Assembly (NCBI GenBank): GCA_965235115.1 | Contig: OZ249442.1 | Span: 33,046,001 to 33,110,000 of the forward strand | Length of the DNA stretch: 64,000 nucleotides | Reading direction: 5' to 3' | DNA from: Laetmonice hystrix | Taxonomy: Eukaryota | Part shown: one piece after another, positions 1 to 13,090 of the stretch | Layout of the letters: every line of letters begins with the position of its first letter | How positions within the stretch are numbered: the first letter of the stretch is position 1 | The notes under the pieces: model-generated | What the model saw: the letters and a program-made list of their open reading frames with translations, nothing else | What the model was told of the DNA's origin: nothing | Databases searched by the model: none | Position numbers and translations under genes: made by a program

Positions 1-3000
1 TGCGCATGCGCCTTGGAACGAGCCTATTTCTTTTTTTAGAGGAATAATGTTACATTTGTCCCTGTAATTGAGCTGAAAGTATTATCAGACAGACCTCGTG
101 ATCTGTAATTATTACGTAATTATTGCCAATATGTCGACGTCCCCGGCTTGTGACCGGGAACTCAAGGCAATTGACCGCGCCATGTCGAGCGGCTATGAAA
201 ACGGCGATATCAATTCCCCGTTAATACGACAGCGAATACTGCAGGTGTCGCCCCCTGTGGCCACAGAGGGAAGCTTGTGATTAAAGCAGGTCAGTGGCGA
301 ACATTTCAAATCACGCATCCAATCCAGGCAAGGCACGGCGGTTGTCGTTAAAAACCATCGGTTCTGACATTTTACATGTGTTAATATGGCCTTGTACAGG
401 CCAGACAGGATACCATCGATGGTCCAGTGATTAAAGCACGGCGGTACTGGTCATACACCATTCCCAACACCGCCTCATAAACTTCATCAAATCATCATGT
501 GGCAAAGCCAACAGGGAATAATAGCCAAATGATGTTCCCTGTTATGTAAAACACAACTTATTGCTGCCTCCATTAGCCGTTCCTATGGGAACAGAATCTT
601 TGAGATATCCTTAGACCTACATGTTGCAAAATTCTCAGCATGCTCGTACGCCAATGCAAATAGCTCCGCCCCCTCCCCAGGGAAGTACCATTTTTCTTGC
701 GTTTAATAACACTGACTACAAAAATAAGAAATCATATTTGGACCCCTACTGATTGCCTATTACGGAGTGACTACTGCAGAGCATGGGGAGGCGAGCTTCA
801 ATTAAACCCACGACCCCATCGGGGGGCAGCACAGACCCTGGGTTCATCATCTCCTCCTCCCTAGCGCCACCTATCCACGGGGCCTGACATAATTATACAG
901 CGCCAACACTAGCCAACATGGGACCCCCCCCCCCCTTAAAAAAACATGCTACTATCGCCGCCACCCGCTTCGCCCCAAGTGTGGCAAGGGTCGGTAAAGC
1001 TTGTCAAACTGCATCAATCTACCGGTGGAGCCCCCTGCTGGCCAATACACAGCGCGCCCTACCGGGCACCTGGGGAATCAACACCTCCACTGATGGTCTC
1101 CGTTGGGAATTCGGTCTGCCAGGTTGCCTCGTAATCTTGCATCTGATAATCTTCCTCCCTTCAGGGATCACGGCTTCCTTCTCATCCCGCCCCCCTGACA
1201 TGGCAGCCCATACATGGTGTGATAAATGTTTTATGTTTCAACATCTATGGAGAACATCTTTATTTTGGATTTTCTTCGTGTGGAGAGGTGGCACACCAAT
1301 TGAAGTAACATTAACGAAACTGTCTTCTCAATGATCGCGAAACCTGAAATATTCAGTGGTATGCTAACTGAATAAATGAATTCTTTGCCGCCGATTTTCC
1401 AATATGGCGGCACCTGAAGGTGAATCCTTGGGTGGAGGTCACGTGAGTGGGGTTACCATGGGAACACGCCCTCATAATGCTCGTCCCTAGCCAGACCAAG
1501 TTTGTTAGAGTCTTTCTTATTGGCTCCGCACAGTCACACAGACATATTCCCGCACATCTTCATTTCAGGGGCTCTACGATTAAGGCTTCAGCAATCGTAT
1601 AACTGTACAGAATAGGAATGAAAATTTCCAAAGAAACATTTGCCTGACGTAGATCTAATCTCCTTCCAAAACGTATCCTCTGAGAAGACGTCACTACTTA
1701 CTGAGATCAGTGTGAGATAATCGGCAACAATCCTCACTTTGTTTCTCCACTTTGAATTTTGATACGGAGTTAGAACCCAACCACGTACTCCACGCTACCG
1801 GTCTCCCCAACTCTCCCTCCCTGGGTGTCAGTAAATATTTTGAAGGTCATATTTCCCGAGGAACGAGAGGAGGATACAAGGTTTGTGTACTCCGGTACAG
1901 CGTTGTAGTAGGTACACCCCCCGCTGACCGAACGCCCCCTGGAGGTACAAGCATTCACTACTCCCCCAACTGCTGCTTTCACCCTGCTCTCCGGCAGTGG
2001 AGGTAAATAGGAATCATACGGGTCCCAGCATGACGTCACGACGGTTGGTGGAGCCTAAGTTGCCTCGTGTACCCGTTCTGTCTGGCAAATGATGCCAAAT
2101 CTGTAGAAATCAACATTAAAATCTCTTGCCTTACTTTAAAACTCAATTTGGTAGTTCCTGGGGCCATATGTTTATAAGAACGTTTTCAGGTTTCGTAGCT
2201 TACAGCTTTGTTTTCGGTCATTTCTTAGATTCTCTAAGTACGGGCACCCATAATGGTTTCCGTAACGTGCGACTGGAACATTTCAATTGGCCTGGCTCAC
2301 GCAGTCAACAGCCTCACCTTATTCCCTAGATACATCTGTGATGTGTCTACCCTATTCCCTGCGGACCTCCACTCAGCCCATAATCCTGCTGTACGAACAC
2401 CTGAAAGATCCCAGACCCTGTCCCGGGCAGACATCCGTGGTCTTAACAGTCGTCAGAATACCTGCATGATTCACTAGGGAATGCACTGCAATGATCACAC
2501 CATTCCCAGCAGGGACGCGCTGAAAGCATAAAACTGACCGTGGCCATGGTAACCCGGGTACTGGTGCTGCCATCTGGCATCTTCCGGTTTATGCGAACGT
2601 TTGTTTAGTCCCTGCTGATTTTAGCAACCTTGGCTTGAGTGAAGACTTAGAAAACTCGAAATGGGAATCTTGTGGCATTCAATATACACACAGGAGATCT
2701 TTGGGTGACAGAGCTCCAGATGTACACCATTTTGATTAAGACCAGTAGTAAGGTCCGTAAGGCAAGCCGGGAGTTCCGCTCGGCCAATGATTCCACCACC
2801 AAACTTGTATAGGTCTAAATCACATACCTTCCATACCACCACTGAATCAAACCCGGAGGGGCCCCGCGGCCCGTAAAAAAAGTTATTATTAGGCGGACGG
2901 GGTGTCAGGAGGTATGTCCTCTCGAGTCAGCCCCCCGGCCACGAGGACGGAGGGGGTTCCACCCCAGGTGACCACCCACACACGGTTCGTGACGTCCACT

Positions 3001-6000
3001 GACGTCAACATCAAGGCCCTCTAAACCGAACGTCACACTGACAAAACCAACATCACGCCAGCCTTCCTTCACATCAGGCCGGTTTTTTTTCACTTATCAG
3101 GAATCACGAGAATCTTTGGAATAAGAGAAATGCACCACAAAGACATAAGCCTCGCCGATCAGAAATTCTTGTAACAAAAAGATCGAATTTAGTAGTCATC
3201 TCCCACCCTAATTTCACAAGGTATACGTGTGTGGAGAGTCGAAAAAAATTAAGTATATAGATAAACGGCACGAAGGGAATATCTTCTCCTCGTAAACTTG
3301 CAATATTTCGAAAATAAATGCAACTCATGTTTACGCTACTCATCCTGCCCCCTCGTGGGCTTATCAGACACTAATATTATACCGCATCAACAGAAAAGCT
3401 CCCCGCACATCGAGAAATAAACTGAAGCCACCATGAAAACGAAAACACGACCACGTCGTCGGCATTGGGCAAATTCCCGCCGTGTCTGTTGGTGTGCACC
3501 CCCGGGGTGGCGCTTTCAATTTTTTACCTGGATCACACCGATCTCCGCCTCCCAAACCTTTGGGCCGCCGGCTGAGAGAGTATCCAAAAGTCAGGTCATG
3601 CAGCACAACTCAGCGAATCTCAGAGATGGAGGACTCAAAGTCTTAACGGTTCAACTTGAGGGGAGGGCACCGGCCATGCAAAGGGCACCTCTGCATCGTT
3701 CCCTCTGCATGGTTGTGACCTCTACATGGCTGTGACCTCTACATGGCTGTGTCCGTTGCACTACACTCTGCATGGTTGTGCCTTTGGAGACATACTGGCT
3801 GGTTAAACACAATGCAATTGGTATTCTAGTGACATATGTGTGTGTGTGGGGGGGGGGGGGGGGGCAATGTGCCCTATAATATCGTCGCTGCACAAAGAAT
3901 GATAAATATGAACAGTCACTTTCAATGCAATGCAGTTAGATTCTACCATGAAACTGCTGAATAACTTTTTGTATTGACTATACGATGAGTTTACATCCCT
4001 ATAAACAAAGTTGTACTTGTCTTTATAAGATAGAACTCCTACCTGCGCATGAAGCAATGGAAATCAATCGCGATGGGAAGTGTTTTTTTTTGTTTGCGCC
4101 TGGCGGCTTACTCCTCTCCATACACGGACGTGTTAACGCCCCGTTATATATGATCATATATGTCCCAGGTGAGGCCGCTTCGACAGCTTCCCCAGGCATC
4201 CCACCCCCAGCTGTTCACAGACCTGTTATTAATACCAGCATTATTTAATTTTAATGACACTTCCTCGAGTCGTAATCAGATTTAAACAGTTTTCAATGCA
4301 ACTTTAAATCTCATCAATTAGCTGCTGCCCAGGGCCGCTTGCCGCTGTCAACCGCTGGTTTCCCTCATCAAGTCCCGATCAAGCTATTTGTACCCGTTAC
4401 GCCTTGTTTAAACCCGCCACAACCACGCCATACTTATCGAGTTTTTATATCTTTCATATTGCCAGCCATCCCGTGGAGGTCTGGGCCGCCATGATGGCCG
4501 CTCAGCAGTTCACAGGACTTTATTCCAAATCCATCTCCCTGGCCTCGGCCAAACTCCCACAAGTCTGCATCAGATCCAGTCTGTTTTGTTTCTTATTAAA
4601 ACAGCAATTAGATTTTAATTTTTCCTCTTTCCTCTGGGCTTGCGCTGCAGACTCACCATCATTCCCACGTGGCGCCAACTGAAATGTGCAAAGTCACCAG
4701 GGATTGCCGAATTGGATTCTGGGAATCCTCAGCGTTTTCTCCAATCAGAACGAGGCTGTCGCTGGGGGACAACAACAGGCCGGTCATTCGGGAAAAACTG
4801 CTCACATTGTCATTACAAGCCCAGTTAGAAATCATCGCAGCCACCCAGAATTCGCTGGGCCCCCTATTCTTGCCATATCAGGGCCGAGGGCCTATCAGGA
4901 AAGCTGCAGTATAGAGCCAATTGATGGTCTTTTTATCACTTATCTCACAGAAGCTCAGCCGCCACCAGGTGGCATACGTGAAGTCCCCCAGCGGCAGCAA
5001 CTCCGATTGTATTTATATCTACACTGGTGATCGCCTACCTACAGTAAGGGATGGCTGTACAATTACACCGTAATAGCTGGATACAAAAGCCAGAAATTTA
5101 TCAAACCCTTAATATTATTTCACTCTTCATTATAATCAAATCTATACCCCGCCATCTGGCGGGAAGAATCCCCCCATGGATTGCAAATAGTTATAATATG
5201 TGTTCCCTTCATCAGATCACACTTGAGTTGTGTGGCACAGCCTTTTCTTCAGACCTACATAATTGTAAGACATAGTAGTAAGATGACTGATTAATAGTCA
5301 ATTTAACAAATATATATTATAGAGTAACTGCAAGGCAGACGTTCAGTTGGGCTCGACGATTGATCACTGCATATAGCCTATATGGTACCCGCGCATGGAC
5401 GGGGTCAAGACAGCATGACCCCTGCTAACAAGTAGGGAGTAGAAAAATGAACTTCCCAATTTCTTCTGTTAGTTTCTCATTAGAGCCTGGCCCACCAATT
5501 ATAATTTGGTTTAATGAATCGAAGCCTTGAAACTAGTGATTCGCTATTGTACAGACAAACTACCGGTAAATTCAAAAGTTTTTGAATAACTTCCTTGATG
5601 AATTACTTTGAGACAGAGCTCCCTGTCTCAGACAGGGACAGTCAGTTGATGTATTGCAACTTCCTTAAAAACAGCCAGTCCAGAAATCCCTCAGGGTCCC
5701 ATCTTGGAAGCTTATTTGCAAAAGCCAGTGTGAGGGTCACCTCAAGAAATATGCTCGTGTCACCCTGTTTTCCGGCTTGTATTTCCCACGCGAAGGAACT
5801 TGTGGATACTTGGCAACACCCAGGATGAATGTTTGATAGTGTGGGCCTGGTCCAACTCGGTGGGGACCCTGGATGGCGTCTCTGGACGTCCACAGAAAAT
5901 ACGTCAAAGAATGACCAGGATGACATCATTTAAGATGTATAAGCAGTTTTTGACGGTCCCGTCCCCAGACCCGCGGGCCCGCTTCAGTGGCGCCCCCTAT

Positions 6001-7220
6001 GGCGCGACCGGCGCACCACTTTCTCTCGTCTTCTTCAATGGGAAACTTCGCCTGAAACTCTGGCAGTACCAGTGAATGTTGACCTTGACAAGGTCGTCTC
6101 CTTGGAGATAGAACACCAATAACGACGTCTTCCTTTGCAGAGAACGAGGGTCCTGGAAGTTGACAACTCCCTAAACTTGTGAAATGTTAACTAGGGAGTC
6201 TCCCCGGGAGGACGGGGTGGGAGGACAGTCACGACCCTCAGAAGACTGGAGAATACCAACAGCTCCCCTGACCTTGGCCATCTCAGAGGCATGGGGCGGC
6301 CATCTTGGAATTGGCAGAGGCGGGTGGCCAAGGACTCACAACGATGAATGTTGAATAGGTTTGACTGCTGGCCTGACATACAATGGTCCCACGTCCGTCA
6401 AAGCACAAGGCCATTTGCCTGGACTTGGTTGCCATGGTGAGGACAGCCACGGGTTGCTATGGTCACCTGGCGGACGAATCACTATCAAGGATAATTAACG
6501 TTACGACGCTAACGGAAAGAAGAACAGAGATAAACAAAAACTTTTTGATTGGAAAAAGCAAATTGCTTCTAGAAAACTAAATCAAGGATGAAGACGTGTC
6601 ATGGACTTGGTGCACTCGACCCTGGCTGATCTGTTCACGTTCTAAATTCTTGCAGCTGACTTGGCTGGACGAATCCCTTAATCCCAATACAGTAATCTCA
6701 GTGGCCGTGGCGTTGGTTGCCAGATCTCCCGACCCTGGCGGTGCTGGAGGTGGTGGCATTGCCGAGGACGCCTGGTGGGAGATGGGGGTGGAGGTTGAGG
6801 GTGGGGGGTACTGCAGGTACTGGCGGCGAGGTCGGCGTCACATCTTCACTACATCGCACAGAGCGGACCCGAGGGAGCCTGACAGCCGGCGGGCAATCTC
6901 CTCTCTAAAAGTCGCCCTGGTCCCAAGGGAGGTCAATTCACGTCCAGAGCATTATGTGGCCATGCCAGATACCCCTCTCTAGGGGGCGCCACGGCTGCCC
7001 ACACCAATTCTCCGATTCCGAGCACATACTGCGGCTCGAGGGACTTCCGGGCCACCTCCCCGGCCCGAGGCACCCACAGAGCCGGCCGGAGCGCCCGACA
7101 CCCCCCGCTCGGACCACCGGCGGGGCCGCGGGCGGGCAAGCACCCCGACAATATTCAACTCAATTTTTCTCCGGCTCTGATAAGGAACTTATCCTGTTGT
7201 GTGGCGGGGTGGTGGCTCTG

Positions 7221-8880
7221 ATTCCGCTGATTGCGAGTGTCTGAGGGAGGGAGTTTGTGTGGTCGGGGGTTGGGTATAGGAGTTCCGCTGATTGCGAGTG
7301 TCTGAGGGAGGGAGTTTGTGGGGTTGGGGGTTGGGTATAGGAGTTCCGCTGATTGCGAGTGTCTGAGGGAGGGAGTTTGTGGGGTTGGGGAGGTGTGGTT
7401 GGGGGGGTATAGGAGTTCCGCTGATTGCGAGTGTCTGAGGGAGGGAGTTTGTGTGGTTGGGGTGTGTGGTTGGGGGTTGGGTATAGGAGTTCCGCTGATT
7501 GCGAGTGTCTAAGGGGAGGGAGTTTGTGGGGTTGGGGTGTGTGGTTGGGGGTTGGGTATAGGAGTTCCGCTGATTGCGAGTGTCTGAGGGAGGGAGTTTG
7601 TGGGGTTGGGTGGTGTGGTTGGGGTTGGGTATAGGAGTTCCGCTGATTGCGAGTGTCTGAGGGAGGGAGTTTGTGTGGTTGGGTGAGGTGGTTGGGGTTG
7701 GGTATAGGAGTTCCGCTGATTGCGAGTGTCTGAGGGAGGGAGTTTGTGGGGTTGAGTGGTGTGGTTGGGGTTGGGTATAGGAGTTCCGCTGATTGCGAGT
7801 GTCTGAGGGAGGGAGTTTGTGGGGTTGAGTGGTGTGGTTGGGGTTGGGTATAGGAGTTCCTCTGATTGCGAGTGTTTGAGGGAGGGAGTTTGTGGGGTTG
7901 GGGGGTGTGTGGTTGGGGGGGTATAGGAGTTCCGCTGATTGCGAGTGTCTGAGGGAGGGAGTTTGTGTGGTTGGGTGAGGTGGTTGGGGTTGGGTATAGG
8001 AGTTCCGCTGATTGCGAGTGTCTGAGGGAGGGAGTTTGTGGGGTTGAGTGGTGTGGTTGGGGTTGGGTATAGGAGTTCCGCTGATTGCGAGTGTCTGAGG
8101 GAGGGAGTTTGTGGGGTTGAGTGGTGTGGTTGGGGTTGGGTATAGGAGATCCTCTGATTGCGAGTGTTTGAGGGAGGGAGTTTGTGGGGTTGGGTGCTGT
8201 GGTTGGGGTTGGGTATAGGAGTTCCGCTGATTGCGAGTGTCTGAGGGAGGGGGTTTGTGGGGTTGGGTGGTGTGGTTGGGGGTTGGGTATAGGAGTTCCG
8301 CTGATTGCGAGTGTCTGAGGTAGGGAGTTTGTAGGGTTGGGTGGTGTGGTTGGGGTTGGGTATAGGAGTTCCGCTGATTGCGAGTGTCTGAGGGAGGGAG
8401 TTTGTGGGGTTGGGTGGTGTGGTTGGGGTTGGGTATAGGAGTTCCGCTGATTGCGAGTGTCTGAGGGAGGGAGTTTGTGGGGTTGGGTGGTGTGGTTGGG
8501 GTTGGGTATAGGAGTTCCGCTGATTGCGAGTGTCTGAGGGAGGGAGTTTGTGGGGTTGGGTGGTGTGGTTGGGGTTGGGTATAGGAGTTCCGCTGATTGC
8601 GAGTGTCTGAGGGAGGGAGTTTGTGGGGTTGGGTGGTGTGGTTGGGGTTGGGTATAGGAGTTCCTCTGATTCCGAGTGTCTGAGGGAGGGAGTTTGTGGG
8701 GTTGGGTGCTGTGGTTGGGGTTGGGTATAGGAGTTCCGCTGATTGCGAGTGTCTGAGGGAGGGAGTTTGTGGGGTTGGGGTGTGTGGTTGGGGTTGGGTA
8801 TAGGAATTCCGCTGATTGCGAGTGTCTGAGGGAGGGAGTTTGTGGGGTTGGGTGGTGTGGTTGGGGTTGGGTAGGAGTTT
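7221..8880 (+). repeat. Minisatellite, about 73-bp unit x 23, G-rich on plus strand
   Basis: Constant core GGGTATAGGAGTTCCGCTGATTGCGAGTGTCTGAGGGAGGGAGTTTGTG plus a variable (GGGTT/GGTGT) linker. Period 73 measured at 8431/8504; 23 cores counted. Confidence 0.97.
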
Positions 8881-9061
8881 GTGAATTCTCGGTCATTGAT
8901 TCCCTAACGGGTTACTCTGATCAACGGGCACGTATGTCTGCCACTATAACCCTTGCCTGAAACAATGTTTCTATCAATGAGCTCAAAACGAACCAATCAT
9001 ATCGATTCCAATGAACCAAAACTGGAAACCAACGTTTCTCCCAGGTAACTCATAGTGTGAA

Positions 9062-11290
9062 ACAATGTTTCTGTCACCGAGCTCAATGAAACCATCAATG
9101 TTTCTGTCACCGAGCTCAATGTAAACCATCAATGTTTCTGACACCGAGCTCAATGTAAACCATTAATGTTTCTGACACCGAGCTCAATGTAAACCATCAA
9201 TGTTTCTGACACCGAGCTCAATGTAAACCATCAATGTTTCTGTCACTGAGCTCAAGGTAAACCATCAATGTTTCTGTCACTGAGCTCAAGGTAAACCATC
9301 AATGTTTCTGCCACTGCCTCAAGGTAAACCATCAATGTTTCTGACACCGAGCTCAATGTAAACCATCAATGTTTCTGACACCGAGCTCAATGTAAACCAT
9401 CAATGTTTCTGTCACTGAGCTCAAGGTAAACCATCAATGTTTTTGTCACTGAGCTCAAGGTAAACCATCAATGCTTCTGTCACCGAGCTCAATGTAAACC
9501 ATCAATGTTTCTGACACCGAGCTCAATGTACACCATCAATGTTTCTGACACCGAGCTCGATGTAAACCATCAATGTTTCTGACACCGAGCTCAATGTAAA
9601 CCATCAATGTTTCTGTCACCGAGCTCAATGTAAACCATCAATGTTTCTGTCACTGAGCTCAAGGTAAACCATCAATGTTTCTGTCACTGAGCTCAAGGTA
9701 AACCATCAATGTTTCTGACACTGAGCTCAAGGTAAACCATCAATGTTTCTGACACCGAGCTCAATGTAAACCATCAATGTTTCTGACACCGAGCTCAATG
9801 TAAACCATCAATGTTTCTGACACCGAGCTCAATTTAAACCATCAATGTTTCTGACACTGAGCTCAAGGTAAACCATCAATGTTTCTGACACCGAGCTCAA
9901 TGTAAACCATCAATGTTTCTGACACCGAGCTCAATTTAAACCATCAATGTTTCTGTCACTGAGCTCAAGGTAAACCATCAATGTTTCTGTCACTGACTCA
10001 AGGTAAACCATCAATGTTTCTGTCACTGAGCTCAAGGTAAACCATCAATGTTTCTGTCACTGAGCTCAAGGTAAACCATCAATGTTTCCGCCACTGACTC
10101 AAGGTAAACCATCAATGTTTCTGTCGACGAGCTCAAGGTAAACCACCAAAGTTTCTGTCACTGAGCTCAAGGTAAACCATCAATGTTTCTGACACTGAGC
10201 TCAAGGTAAACCATCAATGTTTCTGTCACTGAGCTCAATGTAAACCATCAATGTTTCTGTCACTGAGCTCAAGGTAAACCATCAATGTTTCTGACACTGA
10301 GCTCAAGGTAAACCATCAATGTTTCTGTCACTGAGCTCAATGTAAACCATCAATGTTTCTGTCACTGAGCTCAATGTAAACCATCAATGTTTCTGTCACC
10401 GAGCTCAATGTAAACCATTAATGTTTCTGTCACTGAGCTCAAGGTAAACCATCAATGTTTCTGCCACTGAACTCAATGTAAACCATCAATGTTTCTGTCA
10501 CCGAGCTCAATGTAAACCATCAATGTTTCTGTCACTGAGCTCAAGGTAAACCATCAATGTTTCTGACACTGAGCTCAATGTAAACCATTAATGTTTCTGT
10601 CACTGAGCTCAATGTAAACCATCAATGTTTCTGTCACCGAGCTCAATGTAAACCATCAATGTTTCTGTCACTGAGCTCAAGGTAAACCATCAATGTTTCT
10701 GACACTGAGCTCAATGTAAACCATTAATGTTTCTGTCACCGAGCTCAATGTAAACCATCAATGTTTCTGTCACTGAGCTCAAGGTAAACCATCAATGTTT
10801 CTGTCACTGAGCTCAAGGTAAACCATCAATGTTTCTGTCACTGAGCTCAAGGTAAACCATCAATGTTTCTGTCACTGAGCTCAAGGTAAACCATCAATGT
10901 TTCTGTCACTGAGCTCAATGTAAACCATTAATGTTTCTGTCACTGAGCTCAAGGTAAACCATCAATGTTTCTGTCACTGAGCTCAAGGTAAACCATCAAT
11001 GTTTCTGTCACTGAGCTCAAGGTAAACCATCAATGTTTCTGTCACTGAGCTCAAGGTAAACCATCAATGTTTCTGTCACTGAGCTCAAGGTAAACCATCA
11101 ATGTTTCTGACACCGAGCTCAATGTAAACCATCAATGTTTCTGTCACTGAGCTCAATGTAAACCATTAATATTTCTGTCACTGAGCTCAAGGTAAACCAT
11201 CAATGTTTCTGACACTGAGCTCAAGGTAAACCATCAATGTTTCTGCCACTGAGCTCAATGTAAACCATCAATGTTTCTGCCATTGAACTC
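9062..11290 (+). repeat. Minisatellite, 34-bp unit x about 65
   Basis: Unit GAGCTCAA[GT]GTAAACCATCAATGTTTCTG[TA]CAC[TC], near-identical copies, with degenerate seed copies at about 8960-9060. Confidence 0.98.
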
Positions 11291-12667
11291 AGAATGTACC
11301 AACAAGCCTAGGCTGCCTGCCATTAAGTCTAGTCTAAAAATGTTGTTGCAGTAAGTCGACTCAGCTTACCACGAAACACTCTTCTTGCCACCTTATTATG
11401 TCGTCAGGGATCACGACAGAAATAGTAACGTTGAAAAGCACATAATCTTACCATAATCTTTGGGAATAATTTCATGCGTAAAAAAAGTATTAATACGTTG
11501 AAGAAACTTAGAGAAGATTTCCACATCGACGTAAGATATTTGGTTTGATAATCATCTACCGGAAGCTTCATCAGCCGATGTGTAGTGCGCGCGAGAAATT
11601 GTCGAAAATTAACCTGATGTTGTAAACGGGAAACTGCATGACGTGAGAAGGGACGTGGTAGACGTTAATGACGCTACAGTCGCGAATCGGAACTTACAAT
11701 GGTTCGACTGATCTCCGCAGACATGTTAGAAGAGAAATCAGAAACCGAGCGATGTGAAAACTATATTGGTCAGATCGGGGCGTGAAGTCTGGGTTGGTTA
11801 CATCAAAATCACCGGTGCGGTGTGGGTGTGGGTGTGGATGTGGGTGTGGGGTGGGAGTAACGTAAGCAAAGGATCATCTTCACTGAGCACCGCGTCCTTT
11901 GTCCACTGCCCGTCACAGCTTGACCACTGTCCAGCGCCGTCTTCCCCCATCTGTGCCACTCTCGCGCCCTCACCCCCACCCCCACAGTGCCCCCCCCCCC
12001 GGGGACCCCGTACGCGTCCACTGGGGTGCCCCGCACATCCGACTGGCGGCCTTCACAACCGGACTGTCCGCTAACACGGAGCCAGGGGCTGACCGACGTC
12101 CCGTGGGAACACGGCCCGCCGAGCGGCCAAATGAGATCCGACCTGACCACGGGCACTGGGAACAGCACCGAAGATTCCCCTACAGACCCATGGGACCCTG
12201 GTCCGCGCCCATCCGCCCCTTATATGGGCATGGCGGCCGTTGAGCTAGCTCAAGTATTAACCTCACCTAGATCCCACGTCCCAATGCCCCCTAGGGACCA
12301 GGCAGGGCTCGGACTGGGCGGTGCTTGGTCGGACAGAGAAGCTGTGTACACCGGAAATCTGGCAAGAGCTCATGAAGGCCGGTATCATTGACCGCCTCCA
12401 CAGCCCATCTCCACCCCTGATTCTAAATCTCACCATCAAATCATGTGAATGTTTTATGGGATAAACTGATTGAAAATCTCGATCATGTGCATTGCTTCAT
12501 GTGCTTGGAACCCCAAGTGGGCAACCAGGGGTGTGGTCTGGGCTTCAAGTCACTGACGAATGACCTTGGATAAGTCGATGACCTTGGGGATCAAGCATTT
12601 TAAATGGCCCCCTGGACTGGCTCCTAATCTTCACCGTGGGAACACGTATTGATAATCTTGGATGATC

Positions 12668-12790
12668 GCTGCGATTCTGTATCTAAACCGTGAAGGCGAT
12701 CGAAGAGCTGCGATTCTGTATCTAAACCGTGAAGGCGATCGAAGAGCTGCGATTCTGTATCTAAACAGTGACGGCGATCGAAGAGCTGCA
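12668..12790 (+). repeat. Tandem repeat, 39-bp unit x 3
   Basis: GCTGCGATTCTGTATCTAAACCGTGAAGGCGATCGAAGA at 12668, 12707 and 12746. Confidence 0.92.
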
Positions 12791-12949
12791 TTGTGAGAGC
12801 TGCAATCTGACAATTCTTATACTACTACCTCTCCTCGACTTGAAACCCTCTTTATCAAACCGGACCGCGCACCTTTCAAACCAACTGACGTTCTACTGTT
12901 CGTTTCAGTGTTTAAAAGTCACCAAGAAACAAACCTCGTCACACAACAT

Positions 12950-13090
12950 AATCTATACATGTCGCGCACGTTCTCTGGCCTCTTTCCAACTCGGGCCAAC
13001 CATATTAGTTTCCTTGGAAACCAAGATTCTCAGCGGCCCCCTGAGGAGAGTATTTCACCAGCCTCGCTCTGGATCCATCTTCCTCCCAGC
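12950..13090 (-). mobile_element. Possible 3' remnant of an RTE-like LINE ORF
   Basis: One minus frame reads WEEDGSRAR...VSKETNMVGPSWKEARERARHV, loosely like the RTE C-terminal W.P.G.R.RG...V.KE...G.SW.EA...A.DR motif. The similarity is weak and from memory only. Confidence 0.25.

Noticed and set aside
1000-2900. Short ORFs of 60-138 aa as remnants of a retroelement
   Set aside because: No convincing RT, endonuclease or integrase motif in any frame; lengths are consistent with chance.
4645-4760. Possible internal first exon ending ATGATG/GTGAGT
   Set aside because: Phase 0 does not fit the phase-2 exon expected next, and there is no other support.
7160-8896. 578-aa minus-strand ORF
   Set aside because: It is almost entirely the 73-bp minisatellite. 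The C-rich strand of the unit has no stop codon in any frame and the period is not a multiple of 3, so the long ORF carries no coding evidence.
7221-11290. CRISPR-like interpretation of the regular arrays (also 63076-64000)
   Set aside because: There are no unique spacers (the linkers are low-complexity variants of each other), no cas genes, and the context is a eukaryotic intron.
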